DNA of 64,000 nt from Basidiobolus meristosporus CBS 931.73 (lineage: Eukaryota > Fungi > Basidiobolomycota): positions 62,001 through 126,000 of the forward strand of contig MCFE01000076.1 in the NCBI GenBank assembly GCA_002104905.1, written 5' to 3'. A program made the translations under genes and the position numbers. Shown here in pieces: positions 48,722-62,123 of the stretch. Below the pieces are notes generated by a model. That model had not been told where the DNA came from and made no database searches. It saw only the letters and a program-made list of their open reading frames with translations. How positions within the stretch are numbered: the first letter of the stretch is position 1; each line of letters opens with the position of its first letter.

Positions 48722-51060
48722 TGCTGTAAATATTTGTATTTCCACCTAAATATTCACCTAACCTAGTCACTTAGATCATTAGCTTCATATCCTAGAGAAT
48801 ACTGACCAAATTCCTTGTTGGGATTTACTTGGAATATTTTCACCAAAATACCAGGTAACCAGAACATGAAAATTCTCAAAGTTGTCCAAACAGCCCCAAA
48901 CTTTGCACACATGTTCTTGTCCACCAATTTTCAGGATTGAATCAAAGCAAAACAATGAAAACTTTTTCCCTCCAGAGGACTCTACAACCATGGTTCAGCC
49001 AGAATCAGTGCCCAGGAATATCTCAGAAGTGATCATTCCAGTATCAAATGCCTGGAGATCCAATTGGACAAGATATAGCCCAAATTACTATATCAATCAG
49101 GGTACAAACTTAGCCTATGCCTATTCAGTCCATATTGATGAACCCCAGACTGTAAAAGAGGCCCTAAATAGCCCTCAGACAAAGTTTTGGAGATCTGCAA
49201 TGACTGGGGAATATCAGGCCCTGATGGAAAATCAAACTTGGGACTTGGTCAATTTACTAACCAACCAAAAATCAATTGGATGCAGATGGGTCATCAAGAC
49301 AAAATACAAGGCAGATGGTACAATTGAAAGATACTAAGCAAGACTTGTGGCTAAAGAATACTCTCAAATAAAAGGACTTGACTATACTAAGACCTTTGCA
49401 CCGGTAGCCAAATTTAATTCCATTAGATTAATATTGGCTATTGCAGCCAAATATAAGGTTTTTATTCATCAAATGGATGTAAAAGCTGTATTTTTGAATG
49501 CAGAACTTGATGAGGATGTGTATATGGACCAGCCTGATGGGTTTGTTGACCAATATAACCCTCATTTGGTCTGCTAGCTTAAAAAGTCACTATATGGTCT
49601 TAAACAATCACCAAGAGCCTGGAATTGCAAGATAGATTCTTATTTGGAATCCTTGAGTTTCAAAAGGAGTAATGCTGACTATAGTATATACTATAAGCCA
49701 GATAGAGCAAATCCAGTTCTATTAGCTCTATATGTGGATGATCTTATTATAGCCACCAATGATCTAGCAACATTGGAAGAGACAAAATACAGCCTATCTA
49801 AAGAGTTCAAGATGTCCAATCTAGGAGAGCTCAGTTGCTACTTAAGGATCAAGTTCTCCATAGACAGAAGTACCCAGACTATTACCATAAGCCAATCCAA
49901 GTATATTCAAGATATACTAAAGAAGTACCAAATGGAAGACTGTAAACTGGCAGCTACCCCAATGGAGACAAACCTTAACTTGGTCAAATCTCAACCAAAT
50001 CAAGAGCGCTTGGTACCATCTGAAAGCCCTGACTTTCCTTATCAATGTATGATCAGCAGTCTGATGTATATCTTGCTTGGAACACATCCAGATATCTCAT
50101 ATTCAGTGGGAGTTGTCAGCCAACATAATCAGAGATATGGATCTGATCATATTGCAGCAGTTAAGTGGATTTTTAGATACCTAAAAGGAACTGCTGATAT
50201 CTGCTTAAGATACACATATAAGGATTCAGAACAGGATCTTGTGGGATACTCTGATGCTGATTGGGGACAAAACTTGGAAGACAGAAGATCCACCACAGGA
50301 TACACCTTTCCGCACTGTAAAGGAGCAATTTCATGAGATTCAAGAAAGCAACCAACCATAGCACTTTCTACCACAGAGGCAGAGTATATGGCAGCCTGTG
50401 AGGCTACAAAAGAAGTAATGTGGTTGAGAAAGCTTTTTACAGATTTAGGCTTATGTCAAAAAACACCTATTACTTTACTTCAAGATAATCAAGGATGTAT
50501 ACAATTAGGTAGAAATCCAACTTTTCATGCTAGAACCAAGCACATAGATATTAGACATCATTTTATACATGCAGCTATAGAGAATAGCCTAGTTAGCTTA
50601 GTTTACTGTCCTACAGATGAAATGATTGCAGACATATTTACCAAACCATTAGCTAGAGACAAGTTTGAATATTTTAGGTCAAAATTAGGACTAGTCAGTA
50701 TGAGCATTTAGCTGAGTGGGAGTGTTGTAAAAATTTGTATTTCCACCTAAATATTTACCAAACTTAGTCACTTAGATCATTACCTTCATATCCTAGAGAA
50801 TACTAACCAAATTCCTTGTTGGGGTTTACTTAGAATATTTTCAGCAAAATACCTGGTACCCAGAACATAAGTGGTATAAACAGCCCCAAACTTTGCACAC
50901 ATGTTTTTGGGACCTTCCTTAGCCTATTCTATGTGTTTGTAATGCCAAGACCAGGTAAAAGTATATATACTACTTTTACACTCAATAAATCATTAAGTGA
51001 AAACCACATAATCTACTTGTTCTCCCAATTACTTCCAATATCTCCAAGACTCTTACAACA
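48722..51060 (+). mobile_element. Internally deleted two-LTR Ty1/Copia (LTR H; linker - RT - RNase H)
   Basis: Partial 5' LTR 48722-48918; [34 protein letters not shown]; PPT GAGTGGGAG; 3' LTR 50723-51060 (TGTTG...CAACA); perfect TSD AAAGA in the element A repeat. Confidence 0.95.
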
Positions 51061-51581
51061 AAAGAGACATCAGGTAGCTGGAAGAGTACCAATAAGGGAT
51101 AAGCAGGCGGACATGTGCCAGCACAGTATTTATCAAGGAAAAAGTGTAGTACCACTTAAGATGCACTCAGTCAAAGTAGCAGTGAAGGACCTGGTAGTGA
51201 TAAAAACCAGTGGCTTTCTTGGGAGCCCATCACAACTACAGCTGAGGGCTTGAAACAAGCAGAAAAGAAATGTCAGGTTGCCAGGAGAGTGCCAGCAAGG
51301 GACAAGCAGGCCCAAAACAGATGTGTCAGAGCAGAATTTATCAAGGGGAAAATGTAGTTTGTTATAAGAAGCACTCTGACAAAGTAGCAGTGAAAGACCT
51401 GGCAGTGATAAAGGAAAAGGTAAAGGGAAAAATGTCTACACAAGCCTGAGACAGGGAAGCATGCAAAAAATACTGCAGTTCTTGCCAATATGCAATGTAG
51501 GCCCAGAACCAACTAATTCCTATTGCAGTCAAGAAGAGTTACCAACAAGAAAACAGCTGTCTTCACAAGAATTAGATGTAC
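51061..51581 (+). mobile_element. Element A fragment (tandem-repeat region)
   Basis: Matches 4015-4540; continues the piece at 48680-48721 across the Copia. Confidence 0.8.
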
Positions 51582-52350
51582 TGTGGTGGTGTATAAGTCC
51601 AAGGGAGAGATATGTCCAACACTTTTCAAGTGTTTTGTGTGTGGGGTATTCACTGGGTGCAATTACCTCTGGCAAAAGCTTGCTAGGGGTACCTGGGTTT
51701 TGTCTCTACTCTAATGTGAGGGGAATAAACATCAGGTACCCAGAACATGAAAAATTGTTATGTTATCCAAACAGTCCAGAACTTTGCACACATGCTCTTG
51801 GGATCTTCCTAAACATATTCTTAGTGTTTTTTTGCCAACACTATGAAATAGTATTAATACTGCTTTTACATTAAATAAGCCATAGAGTGAAAACCACATT
51901 ATTTATATGTTACCCCATCACTTCCAACATCTCCAAGACTTGTACAACAAGTGTTGACAGGAAAGATACCTCTAGGATAGTGTTGTGGGAAAAAATTGCC
52001 CTCCTAAAGGTGAAGGAGAAGAAGCTTTGAGGTACTAGAAGAGGCAACAAAGTGTCTCTGACTGAGTTTGTCTTAATGTCAAAGACAAACTACTAATTCA
52101 ATGCTCAAGAGGTAAAACAGCAAAGAATGCCTGGAAGGCATTGAAAGATACCAATCAAATATGCTCAGCCATGGAGAATGTCAAGCTAATGATGTATCAA
52201 AATACATCCCAGGAAGTGTGCAAAGTTAAAGGCTTTTGGAGAAGTTTCAAAATCTTGCTATCTACCAGGTCTTCACCGGTTCAGAGAATTAGTTATTATG
52301 AAGGAAACCATAAGTAAATAATTCTTAATTTAGCAATAAGCTAAAAAGAA
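51582..52350. mobile_element. Mosaic of LTR B end (51582-51730), partial LTR H (to 51949) and probable Copia gag start
   Basis: TGTGGTGGTGTATAAG start as at 43469; ends GTACAACA as LTR H; KNAWKALK-like gag segment near 52130. Confidence 0.65.
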
Positions 52351-52599
52351 CCCGAGGGCATATGAATGGTTTAGATGTAAACTAAATATTTACAAGAAAC
52401 ACGGGAACTCCAATAAACTCAGACCTGCTTTCTGCAGCTTGCCAGTAATCTGGCATCCGAATTTAGATTGCTTGGCAAGAGGCGAATTTCTTACCTAATG
52501 ACACTAATCGTATATACACAACATTTTCTGTGTTGAGTGAGATAGAAAGCAGCCTCGAGATTAGTAGCCTTATATGTGATATAATCCCCAGTACAATTA

Positions 52600-53611
52600 A
52601 GATAATAATGACAGAAGTGAAGTATTATACTTGAGCGCCATATTTTAGTCGCACATAATTTTCCAGTGTATAGGCCATGCCATCAAACTTATGAGTATTG
52701 ATTGCTCGCGGATAGGCCCTACAATCGGTCAGGTCTCCGCCTACAACAACAACAACCAACGCGAAATCCCTCTGCGCTTTGGGATTGCCACCACGTGTGG
52801 TTCTCAAGGGTATGCTGCACTGATCTCATAATGTGGCATCGGCCCCTAGATGAGCAACATTGAAGTGTATGCTATGGACAAGTATGCGGATATCTAGCAG
52901 GACACAGATTGGGGACCCATTGTGGTCTGTGGCCCTTTGCTCACCTTCCATGGTTGTGTTGTCGTGAAGATACGCAACCAACAATGGGATCATACCACAA
53001 AGAATTGATTTATTGGTATGAACCGCTAGGATAATGTCTCGCATGTGCAACATGTCATAACGCTATCTGCAATAATAAAACTGACTCTAGATGTATAGTT
53101 CATTTCCACCGCTTCACAATGGAGTCGCAATGGGAAGAGTGGATAGGCTGTTATTGACGCATCGAGACACCAACTGAATCTCGTTACCGATCTTATGGGA
53201 ACAGTTGCCAGCAAAGAATGGCCGGAATGGAGCTGGCTTACTTATCGCCAAGTTACATTGTAGCACACATCACATGACACCCAATTTCGGCAGTTCGACG
53301 GTTCAATGGGGTAGCACAACGTTGACATGAGCATCCAGTTTTTAAGAAACCCTGATCAAAGTCAATGTTATGATAATTGAAACAGGCAAGTATGGCTGCC
53401 ATCTTGTTTCATAGTAATTCCTTGGCAAAAACGCGCATGCACAATGCCGCATAGCAGCTGAGGGCGTAAATTTAATATATGCTCCTAGGAACCCTCGCAT
53501 TCTCGTAAAACAACGCCCAGCTTCCTCGCTCAAACCATCCGCTCTCATACAATCCACAGCAAACCCAGCGGCGAGCTCTTCATCCCAAACCACCAGTGTT
53601 AAGGATGACAT
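52600..53611 (-). CDS. Hypothetical multi-exon protein; exon structure unresolved
   Basis: ATG at 53611 (MSSLTLVVWDEELAAGFAVDC), several protein-like minus-strand segments separated by GT...AG candidates, normal CpG content. Confidence 0.4.
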
Positions 53612-54356
53612 CGTATAAATTGCAATGATGCTCAAAAGCGATCCAGGCCTATTGCGATTGGCTCATCCCAATTCCTAGGTGCAAGATTATCTGGATTCTG
53701 AAACTGCATTTAACAGTCACAATCCACCTACTTCCGATGCCCGCAGTCTACGGCTTAGAGAAACGATAGTTTGTTGACTGGGAGATGGTTTCGCTTCTCT
53801 TGCATTTTTCAATTCAAATGTATAGATTACCTATTTCTAATGGCTACGTGGCCACAGTTTAGCTTTATACTATAAACGCATATGAATAGCCGATTAACGA
53901 AATCCCATTTTCAACACATCATTACAGATGGAAGCATATTTAAATCCATTCAATAGGAAAACTACGAATCCACAATGAGGATTCTTTTTCTTCACCTCGG
54001 GTGTGTTGATTGGCTGAATCGCTTTTTTAATAATCACCAGAGTGACTGCCTTAATTTTCGGTCCAATTGTATATCATACTATAGCTAGAGTTAAATACAA
54101 GCAAGTTTCGAAAGAATTAGCATATACCAAGCTTTTCATTTTTTTGAATGGCTTCATTAGTCCTTCGATCCCGTCGAGTAGTTTCAGCTTCAAACTAATA
54201 TTTCCTAGCAGGAGGTTTGCAGAATATCTTTCTTAGTTTCCGTTTGCTTTTCGTTCCCATTCACAAACACACTCCCCAACTTCATATCACTACAGATCAG
54301 TTAGCGAGTGCTGTAGAATACATACTTTTCGAACAATCGCTTCTCCAATTGCCAAA

Positions 54357-57300
54357 GTGTCGTCTTTTCAATTCCCAAGACTTGCCACCATCCCTAAGGA
54401 TGTTGGCGAAGTCCATTCTGAACATGAGTCCCCTTATGGACTGCCTCTTTATGGCTCATCCTTGCAGAGCACTTCTTTGTTATCGCCATTGACTTCGCCC
54501 ACGGCGGAATTCACCAAGATCTCTTCCACCCCGATATCTTCAGGTGTTAAAGCCGAACCAAAATTTTTGAGGTATGTATCGTCGCATGGTCCAATTCTCT
54601 ATCCGCCTAACAGCTCCGTCTATATTTTTATGGATAGACCTGGTAAAACGGAAAAGGTATCTGCTATTCTTCAGGGTATATCCACTTATGTCTCTAGCAG
54701 CTTGCCTGAAGCTTTGGCGAAAATGAGAGACCTGACCCTGCCATCGAAAACAAATGCGGACCCTAGTAAGCTCGATGATAGCGAACAGGATATTCCAATT
54801 GCATGTGACCCCAAGAGGGTGGTGAAGTGTGCCACGTTTGGTACTATCGAGGGAGTTTATCGAACACCGCAAGATCTTATTTCTGATACCGAAAAAACCT
54901 TCACTCACTCGGAAAGGTGAGCACATGCTTGTCAGTTTCGCATCTTCCCCTACACACCTTAACAGCAATTGTAGGAAATTTTGCTTAATCTTGGGATATC
55001 ATGATGGATTTCAAATATGGGACTTATCAGACCTCTCGAATATAACGGAGATATTTTCATATCGAAATAGTAACTTCAATGTCGTCTGTATAAAGGTATT
55101 GTGAGTAAGCTGTGAAGCGTGTCCACTTGGACGCTAAAGCAATTCTGTGACAGACCGTCCCAACTCCAAGAATATCAGAAACTGTAGATCAATTCAAGCA
55201 CGTGCGCAATATTGTTGCTTTGGGGTAAATCCACTATCTGAATCCTGTACCTATTTACGCGGTGCTAACTGCTAAAATTCTAGAACCAGTCTTTTTGATG
55301 AGGATATGGAAACCAAGGGATCTGTGCTTCGCTTTTTTTCTTTACAGACCCATGAAAGTATCAAGGATATAAGCTATTACGGGGTAGACATGTTTGGTCT
55401 TGAATGTTGCGAACGAGGGATAATTGTGGTTTGTACTCCGCTAACTAGGTCACACAAGCTGTCGACTAACAATCTTTACAGTACTATGGCACAACAATTG
55501 AAATTATTTCACCCCACACACTAGATGTTATCTTTAAGTTGAATGATGCCCATCCCAACTTCCATAGCAATTTACCAATACTATCGATTGGGAATCGATT
55601 GTTAGCGTATGCTACAAGGGCTGATCCAACTAACGTGTGTCGTGAGAAAGTAATACCCGATACACAAGGATTTGATATGACCAAAGTTGCTCGAGAAGCT
55701 TTATCCGGGATGAAAAGCATGAGTATGTCTATTCCGCTCCACCTGCTTCAGAATTATGCTGAGATCTACCTTAGGTGATCTAGGTTATCGCAAGCTAGCC
55801 AATTATTTAAGCCATTATCAGCACAACTCTGGTGAAACTGCAACAGAACAAGCGAAGCAGCCTTCTTCAAATCAGGTTTGGTATCAATTGAAGTACGGCA
55901 GCCATAATCCTTTCAAATCTGATACTGCTTTTAGATTACTATTATCGATCTTGACAAACTTGAAAATGCATTTTTGGAAAATGTACGAACATCAGAGATA
56001 CGTCAACAATGCGATATAGGTCTTTTTGAAGTTGGAAAACAAAACCTGGAAATGATAACGTTTAACCCCAGTGGCTCGCTGATTGCCGTCGCGTCTACTG
56101 GAGGATATTGTGTCTATATATATGAAATCCTTACTAACGGAGAAACCGATCATTTGGGCTCAATAATTCTACGGTACTTGCGTTACTTTCATCAAATCAC
56201 AAACACAATCTTATAATGTTACTAGATATGAGCTATATAGGGGATATACATCTGCCAAGATTGAAAGCATCACCTTCAGCCAAGATTCAAGATGGGTATC
56301 GATCAACACCACACATGGAACATCACGTATCCTAATGAAAAATACATGACATTCCTCTTATGGTTTTAGTTTATCCTTAACTTCTCTGACAGATGTATAT
56401 GCTATTGATCCGTCTAGCAAGAAGCCTGGATCAAATTTCATACAATCATATCCACTTGGCAACTCATCAAACTTTAATCAAGCAGAGGTATATCTAACTA
56501 CTTTTTTTGCACTCACCGGCTAACTTGATAAAATTATAGGATTCTACAAAAAAACTAAGCCCATTAATACGTATAAGGAACAGAGATTCAGGTGACACGA
56601 TAGACATTGATAGGGACCCTGGTGTAGCCTCTTCGTCTAGCGAACAAGCCAGAAAGCATAATCGGACGATGCCATTGCTGAACCATTTCCAGACAACTAG
56701 CTGTCAAATGCCCAATTTTCCTGCGACCAATATGGGATCACATACTCAAGACATATTGTTTTTCGGAATGTCTGGAATTCTTCAACTCTGTCGTATCTCA
56801 ATTACGAAGATTGAGGGGGCAATCAAGAAAAATGGTGTGTTAAATTTTCGGTCAGTTAATAGTATATAGCATTTTGACATTTTCATCCAAGGGAGAAACT
56901 TCACTTCGCAGAAATTGTTGGGCTCTTCTTCAGACTTGGTTGAATGGAAATTACTGAGAGATCCTAGCTGGAGCGAGGTTCTTGGCGTGATCGAGGTAAA
57001 ACTATTATAACCTCATTGCTTAAGCCAACAAGATTCGCTCATTCATTTATTTCAGGGCGTTGAGTTTAAAGATTCAGATCCAAAATGGCCGGGTACCAGG
57101 TATGAGGATTTGCCAGACTTACACAGGAACCAAAGCTTAATGGCATTATCAGTTGGGTCAATGGTGTTGAGACATTTTCCTACTCTGTACCGCCAGTATC
57201 ATTATGGAGCTCAAGCCAATTTCACTTCCAAACCTATATGAGCCCAGACAAGCTTGAAAACTGGGATGAAGCATTACATTTACCTTTGACACAAAACATC

Positions 57301-58100
57301 GATGCAATCAATCGATGCACTGTTCCATATGGGGTGTAAGTATTTCACCTACATGTATCGGGCTTATCTAACGTCTAACCCACGGTCAACAGTGAGTATC
57401 TTCCCAAATGTGCCACCGACCTTGATCTAAATCTGGCAACAATGCTGGAGGGTAACACCAATGTTTTATTGAAATATGAGTATATACTAATATACTTACC
57501 GGGTTCCCAGAGAATATGTTAGAAGCCATAGGGACGGATCTGACCTCAACCTCAACCTCAACCTCAATCCCGCACAAACCTTTCCATCCTGTGCAAGAGC
57601 TTCGAGCAGAATATCATGAAAATGACATCTTTAACAATTTGGGGGGATTTCTTGAGGAAATGCATATTTATGAGGATCAATCAGAATTAGGGGACTTTGC
57701 TCCTGTAAGGCGATCTGATGATTACGACCCTCAAACACAAAGGCCAACGAATAATCAAAACACCAACCCATCATACGATTTGGATTGGCCAGAGTCTGAT
57801 GACGAGGTACACCGGGATTATTTTTGTTCGACAAACGTGCCGCGTGAGTTTACACCGAGCGTATCCAAAGCCAGGGAAAATCACACCGATTCCTCAACAG
57901 ATGATGATGAGGTGTTCCTTGAGTCATGCCCATATCCTTCGCTCCCACCTCGTGGCATTAATGATTCTCGGAGAGAGGTTAACAGAAACTGCCAGATATC
58001 TGATTTCTCTGGCTACCCATATACCGAGTCGGCTTGGACACCGCAGCCTCAGCTTCAAAACCAAGACTCACACTCCTGGGCAAGACTGTCTCGAGAGTAA
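54357..58100 (+). CDS. BCAS3: BCAS3/ATG18-like (PROPPIN-type) WD40 protein, multi-exon; true start uncertain
   Basis: AEPKFL, LILGYHDGFQIWD, LSIGNRLLAYAT, ITFNPSGSLIAVAS, LYELYRGYTSAKIESITFSQDSRWVSINTTHGTSHVYAI, WKLLRDPSWSEV; short GT-AG introns, e.g. 54572-54613. Confidence 0.8.
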
Positions 58101-58975
58101 GCGATATCACATCCATGGAACCCAGACTCCCACGGCATATTTCCAATCTATTGTATTAATAGCTATATAGTTATTTTTCAATTATCTACACTCATATCGT
58201 GATCGTGATTTTGCAAGATGGCTTCTGTATTAAGAATTTCAAACCGCTGAACATTGAATATAAGTTTTGATATCAACTGCAACCACCAACTGATCCCCGT
58301 CGTGTACATGGGCTAACCTGCTTTGCGTTGGTGTTGCCGTAGCCAATTGGTCAGCGAGATCTACCATGTCAGGCTGATCGTACATGGTTTGCATTCTTTA
58401 TTCAATCGTAGTTTATAGACACCTGTGCTTAACTTGATAGTTTACCAGCAATGTTGAATGTATGATAAATCGGTTTATACCATGCTTACTGGATATAGCT
58501 GGAAGCCGCCCATACATAGCAACCTAGCTCTGGTATTTTTTCTAGAATATCAACATTGCACGTGGCCATGTATCACGGCTCAAAATGGAATCAAACAACT
58601 TCACTAGGAGCTATTTGACCGTATTAGATTCCATACATATCTACTGGACTTCCAACGATTTAGCAGCTGGTTCTCAATCACAAGCCCCAATAGCGTGATT
58701 CATGAAAGACCCCAATGTAAGATCAGCAAGATTTCAAATGTATCAGATTATACGTGATTAACATCATCAGCAAAGCGAATCCTATTCACTCATGACAAGC
58801 ATGTGGATCGGTCATGGGCCAATAATCTTTCAGAATCATATTTATCGAAACTGAGGCTAATTCAGATTCCCAAACGTAAAGATCTTGTGATATACTATAC
58901 TTCGGAGAAAAGTTCATCATTCTATGTGATTAATATGATCTTCGATAACACAAAGAACCACTTGTTCATATTTCA

Positions 58976-60704
58976 ATGAGATTTCCGAAGGGTCGATACA
59001 GACAGCGTATACAGGCGATCTGCCGAGCATCCAATTCCTATTACTCTGAAGATATAATCATTTCTGTATTATTATGTTTACTTGCTCGAAAAAAGTCTTT
59101 ATTGCTGAGAACACAGACAGAAGCGGTGCACGGATTAGCAGCGTTGGTTGAACAAGTAATATTTGTAGTGTGATTTTTCCTGTTGTATATATCCTAATCA
59201 AATGTGCCTTTCAGTTGGTTCAGAATGTCTTCGAGCTGGAATGCGCCAATATCAATTGCTCGCAATTAGCTTCACCGGCAGAGTTGTATTATATTATGAT
59301 CAATAGAAGTAGAGAAAAGAAATTACGCACTCATATTAGCACAGTCGCTCGAGCAAACACACCAAGCACAAGCACGATGCCCCAATCGGGTGGTTTAGGC
59401 AACACAAAGGCATCCCCGACCACTCTCAAGTATAATCCGAGTAGGGAATTCGTACAGTTCTCGAACTTCCCCGAAAGAAATTTTTTGACAGAAGAGCGCA
59501 CCTCAGAAGATGAAAGTGCTCATAGGAGCCCACATAGACACAGCGCAAATTTAGAGCGCTTCACCGACCAGTCAGCGATTGATAAGTACACCAAAGATTT
59601 TGGTGGCATATCTTATGGTGGCACACTGGAGGTAATCCCATACTCGCCATTCCTTTGGTTGAATCGACGCTCATACACCTATTATAATGACTCTAGAGAA
59701 ACAGCCCAGTCTCGTCGCGGGATTACTACTCTCGAGCTTCCAAACAACAAAAGGATATTGAGATCATTCCCCTACAACATATTAATGGGCGGAAAGAGCA
59801 AGAACCTATTAGACAACAAAAGAGTCCCTCGGCATTATATGCTTCGCGTGTTATCAATTCCAAGAAGTTAGCGAATGTCATTATATTGGAAGGGCTGGAG
59901 AATGCTAGCAATGCGATACAATTAGCACTGTCGCAGGTAAATGAATATCTGCTTCTGTCGATAGTCCTGTGCTAATTCTACTGGCTGTCAGATTCTGTCA
60001 AAAGGGTGGTTTCTAGATCGAAACAACGTATGCCACGTTCCGGATCCGTTTGTAATCATCGTCTTGTTACCACTGAACAATATGCCCCTTATAGCCCGAC
60101 ATCTAGTAAGTAGCATCAACTGTTGCCAATTGACAACCAATGCAATAACCTGTTCGGTAACATAGATGGATAAATTCTACATCAGCTATACTTATGACGG
60201 GGTTATTGGGCCACCACCTCACCCAGCAATCAAACGACCTTTTGTGTTTCCCAACGAAGTAAGCGATAGGCAGCCTACTCGGTGCTAGCCCAACATGTGC
60301 ACTAATTCCACCCCAATACATGTACAGGAAGTAAAGGAGATTGCCCTACGTGTAAAAAATGTCGTTATTAGCCCCGAAATCAGTCGCTATTTACGCGATC
60401 TAATGGTTGGGATTCGTCTGAATCCGAAGTTCAGATTGGGTGCAAGCCCTCATGCATCCATGGATCTTTTCTCAGTGCTGAGGTAGGGAATGTACCTTCT
60501 TTCATCCACCCATTCTAGCTACTCACACAATCTTCAATTGTCCCTAGAGCTCTGGCAGCAATTTACGAGAAGGCCTATGTCACACCTGAACTAGTGCTCG
60601 TCGTGATCAACAAAGTACTTGGACATCGTTTGTTTTCTGCGAATATGTTGTCGGACCAAGGAATCATCTCTGACACACTACAACTAGTGTGGCCTCCTTC
60701 ATAA
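58976..60704 (+). CDS. MoxR/Mg-chelatase AAA-lid domain protein (fungal Mtc2-like), multi-exon
   Basis: IISVLLCLLARKKSLLLRT, ANVIILEGLENAS..IQLAL, V.ISPEISRYLRDLMVGIRLNP...GASPHASMDL...RALAAI...YVTPELV...VLGHRL; family from motif recall. Confidence 0.7.
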
Positions 60705-60809
60705 TGTCATGTGACAAGCTGTAGCACTGAGCCTACTTATGTTGAGCTTGAAATAAAATATTCGAACAAGGTGAACCTTCACAATCACATGCAAATATAG
60801 CCCTGATAT

Positions 60810-61620
60810 GAATGCTAACTTGCTGCGATCCAAATAACAGCCAAACACTTGAACTGGTTTTCCGGGGGTTGCTCCAAGAACGTATTGTACACTCGGAGAA
60901 TCATCCATCTGATGTGCAGATCTGGATGTTTGATTTCTGGGCACCTGATCCGGTAGATATTACGAGTGGAAGAAAATTTGCTCAAATCAGCTAGAAATGG
61001 CGCGTCGAGATCGTTCTTTCAAGCGGGTGCAGGTTGAATGGAATCCAGATACACCTCGAGGATGAATGCAACAACTGGCTGCTGCAATGGCAAGAAAATA
61101 TTGCATCATATCCGGTACTTTGCACCAAGACGCTCCCCACTTCGCACCTGATCACGACACCCATTTTGAATAGCTGCAATGCCTCGCTGGTCTGATTGGC
61201 TGTAGAGTGAGCGGGAATCCCATCGTGAGAAGCATAACCACAGCTTTATTCTAAAGTCAGGATGCTATACTGCAACTAAACAAACTCTGGTCGAAGTATT
61301 ACGCAGTTGAGAGGAGGCGATTTGCTGGCTCAGATGGCGGCCGCTACAATTCTAAATTACGGGGTGGAAGGTGCAGTGAATTTGGAGCAGGCTCGAGACT
61401 CTCAAAGATCCTTGCCAATTTAAGCCAACTACTCCAGTGATCGCCAGGGATAGCCAATGTTGTTTGCCTCGCCATTCCGTATGAAATCCGGGGTGCTTGT
61501 TTTCGTTGTCCAGGGAAACTGTGGTTGGAGAATCACACCCACCTATTGTAGTGTTACCATTTTCATTATAGAGCCTGGTCTAGTCGATTCAATCATAGGC
61601 AAATACGTCCCAAGATGGGT
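60810..61620 (-). CDS. Possible small hypothetical multi-exon gene
   Basis: Minus-strand segment ADLSKFSSTRNIYRIRCPEIKHPDLHIRWMILRVYNTFLEQPPENQFKCLAVIWIAAS* after a GT...TAG candidate intron; upstream exons unresolved. Confidence 0.3.
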
Positions 61621-62123
61621 TTGCTTTTATCGTGCTATGATATTGTCTCCAACTTGCAAGGTTAATGTACTCTCTCGTACGAGTCCTCCTCCTCCCCCCC
61701 CCCCCAATGACTGATGCTTAGAGGACTTCGACTGGCCAGATTGATTATCATTGGCTTAATATTGCACCAGTATAGCATTTCTTTGGTAATTGATCAATCA
61801 CCGCTCGCTCGTTTTGAGCAACCATAGCCGCCACCTGTGAAGGATTATTCCTAATCAAGCAGGACTTTAAATTTATTTATCTAGGTGACTCGAATTTGGA
61901 AGAGTTGTTTCCTTGTTTTGGATGGTGTATTTATTGAATGATCGCCCATTTAGACCTTCATCATTAATTGCATTTCTGTGATACGCTTGATCACAGCAAC
62001 CTTTTTCGAGCGGGTTTCTGGACCTCCAAGATACGAACTTGGCCTTGGTGACCACATTTCCATCGTTCGCCATATAAATGGGCACTCCGACCCATTCCAC
62101 GAGCCACTCGAGATAGTTGAATC

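Noticed and set aside
45250-51060. The Copia pair as a single inverted segmental duplication
   Set aside because: Each copy has its own perfect TSD and a different host and deletion junction.
1-52350. Classical Neurospora-type RIP
   Set aside because: CpA/TpG remains abundant while CpG is lost; some CAA>TAA changes exist, but a CpA-specific signature is not evident without a computed spectrum.
57538-57570. (ACCTCA)n hexamer run, and the poly-C tract at 61685-61705
   Set aside because: Ordinary microsatellites; the first encodes a Thr-Ser run in a low-complexity tail.
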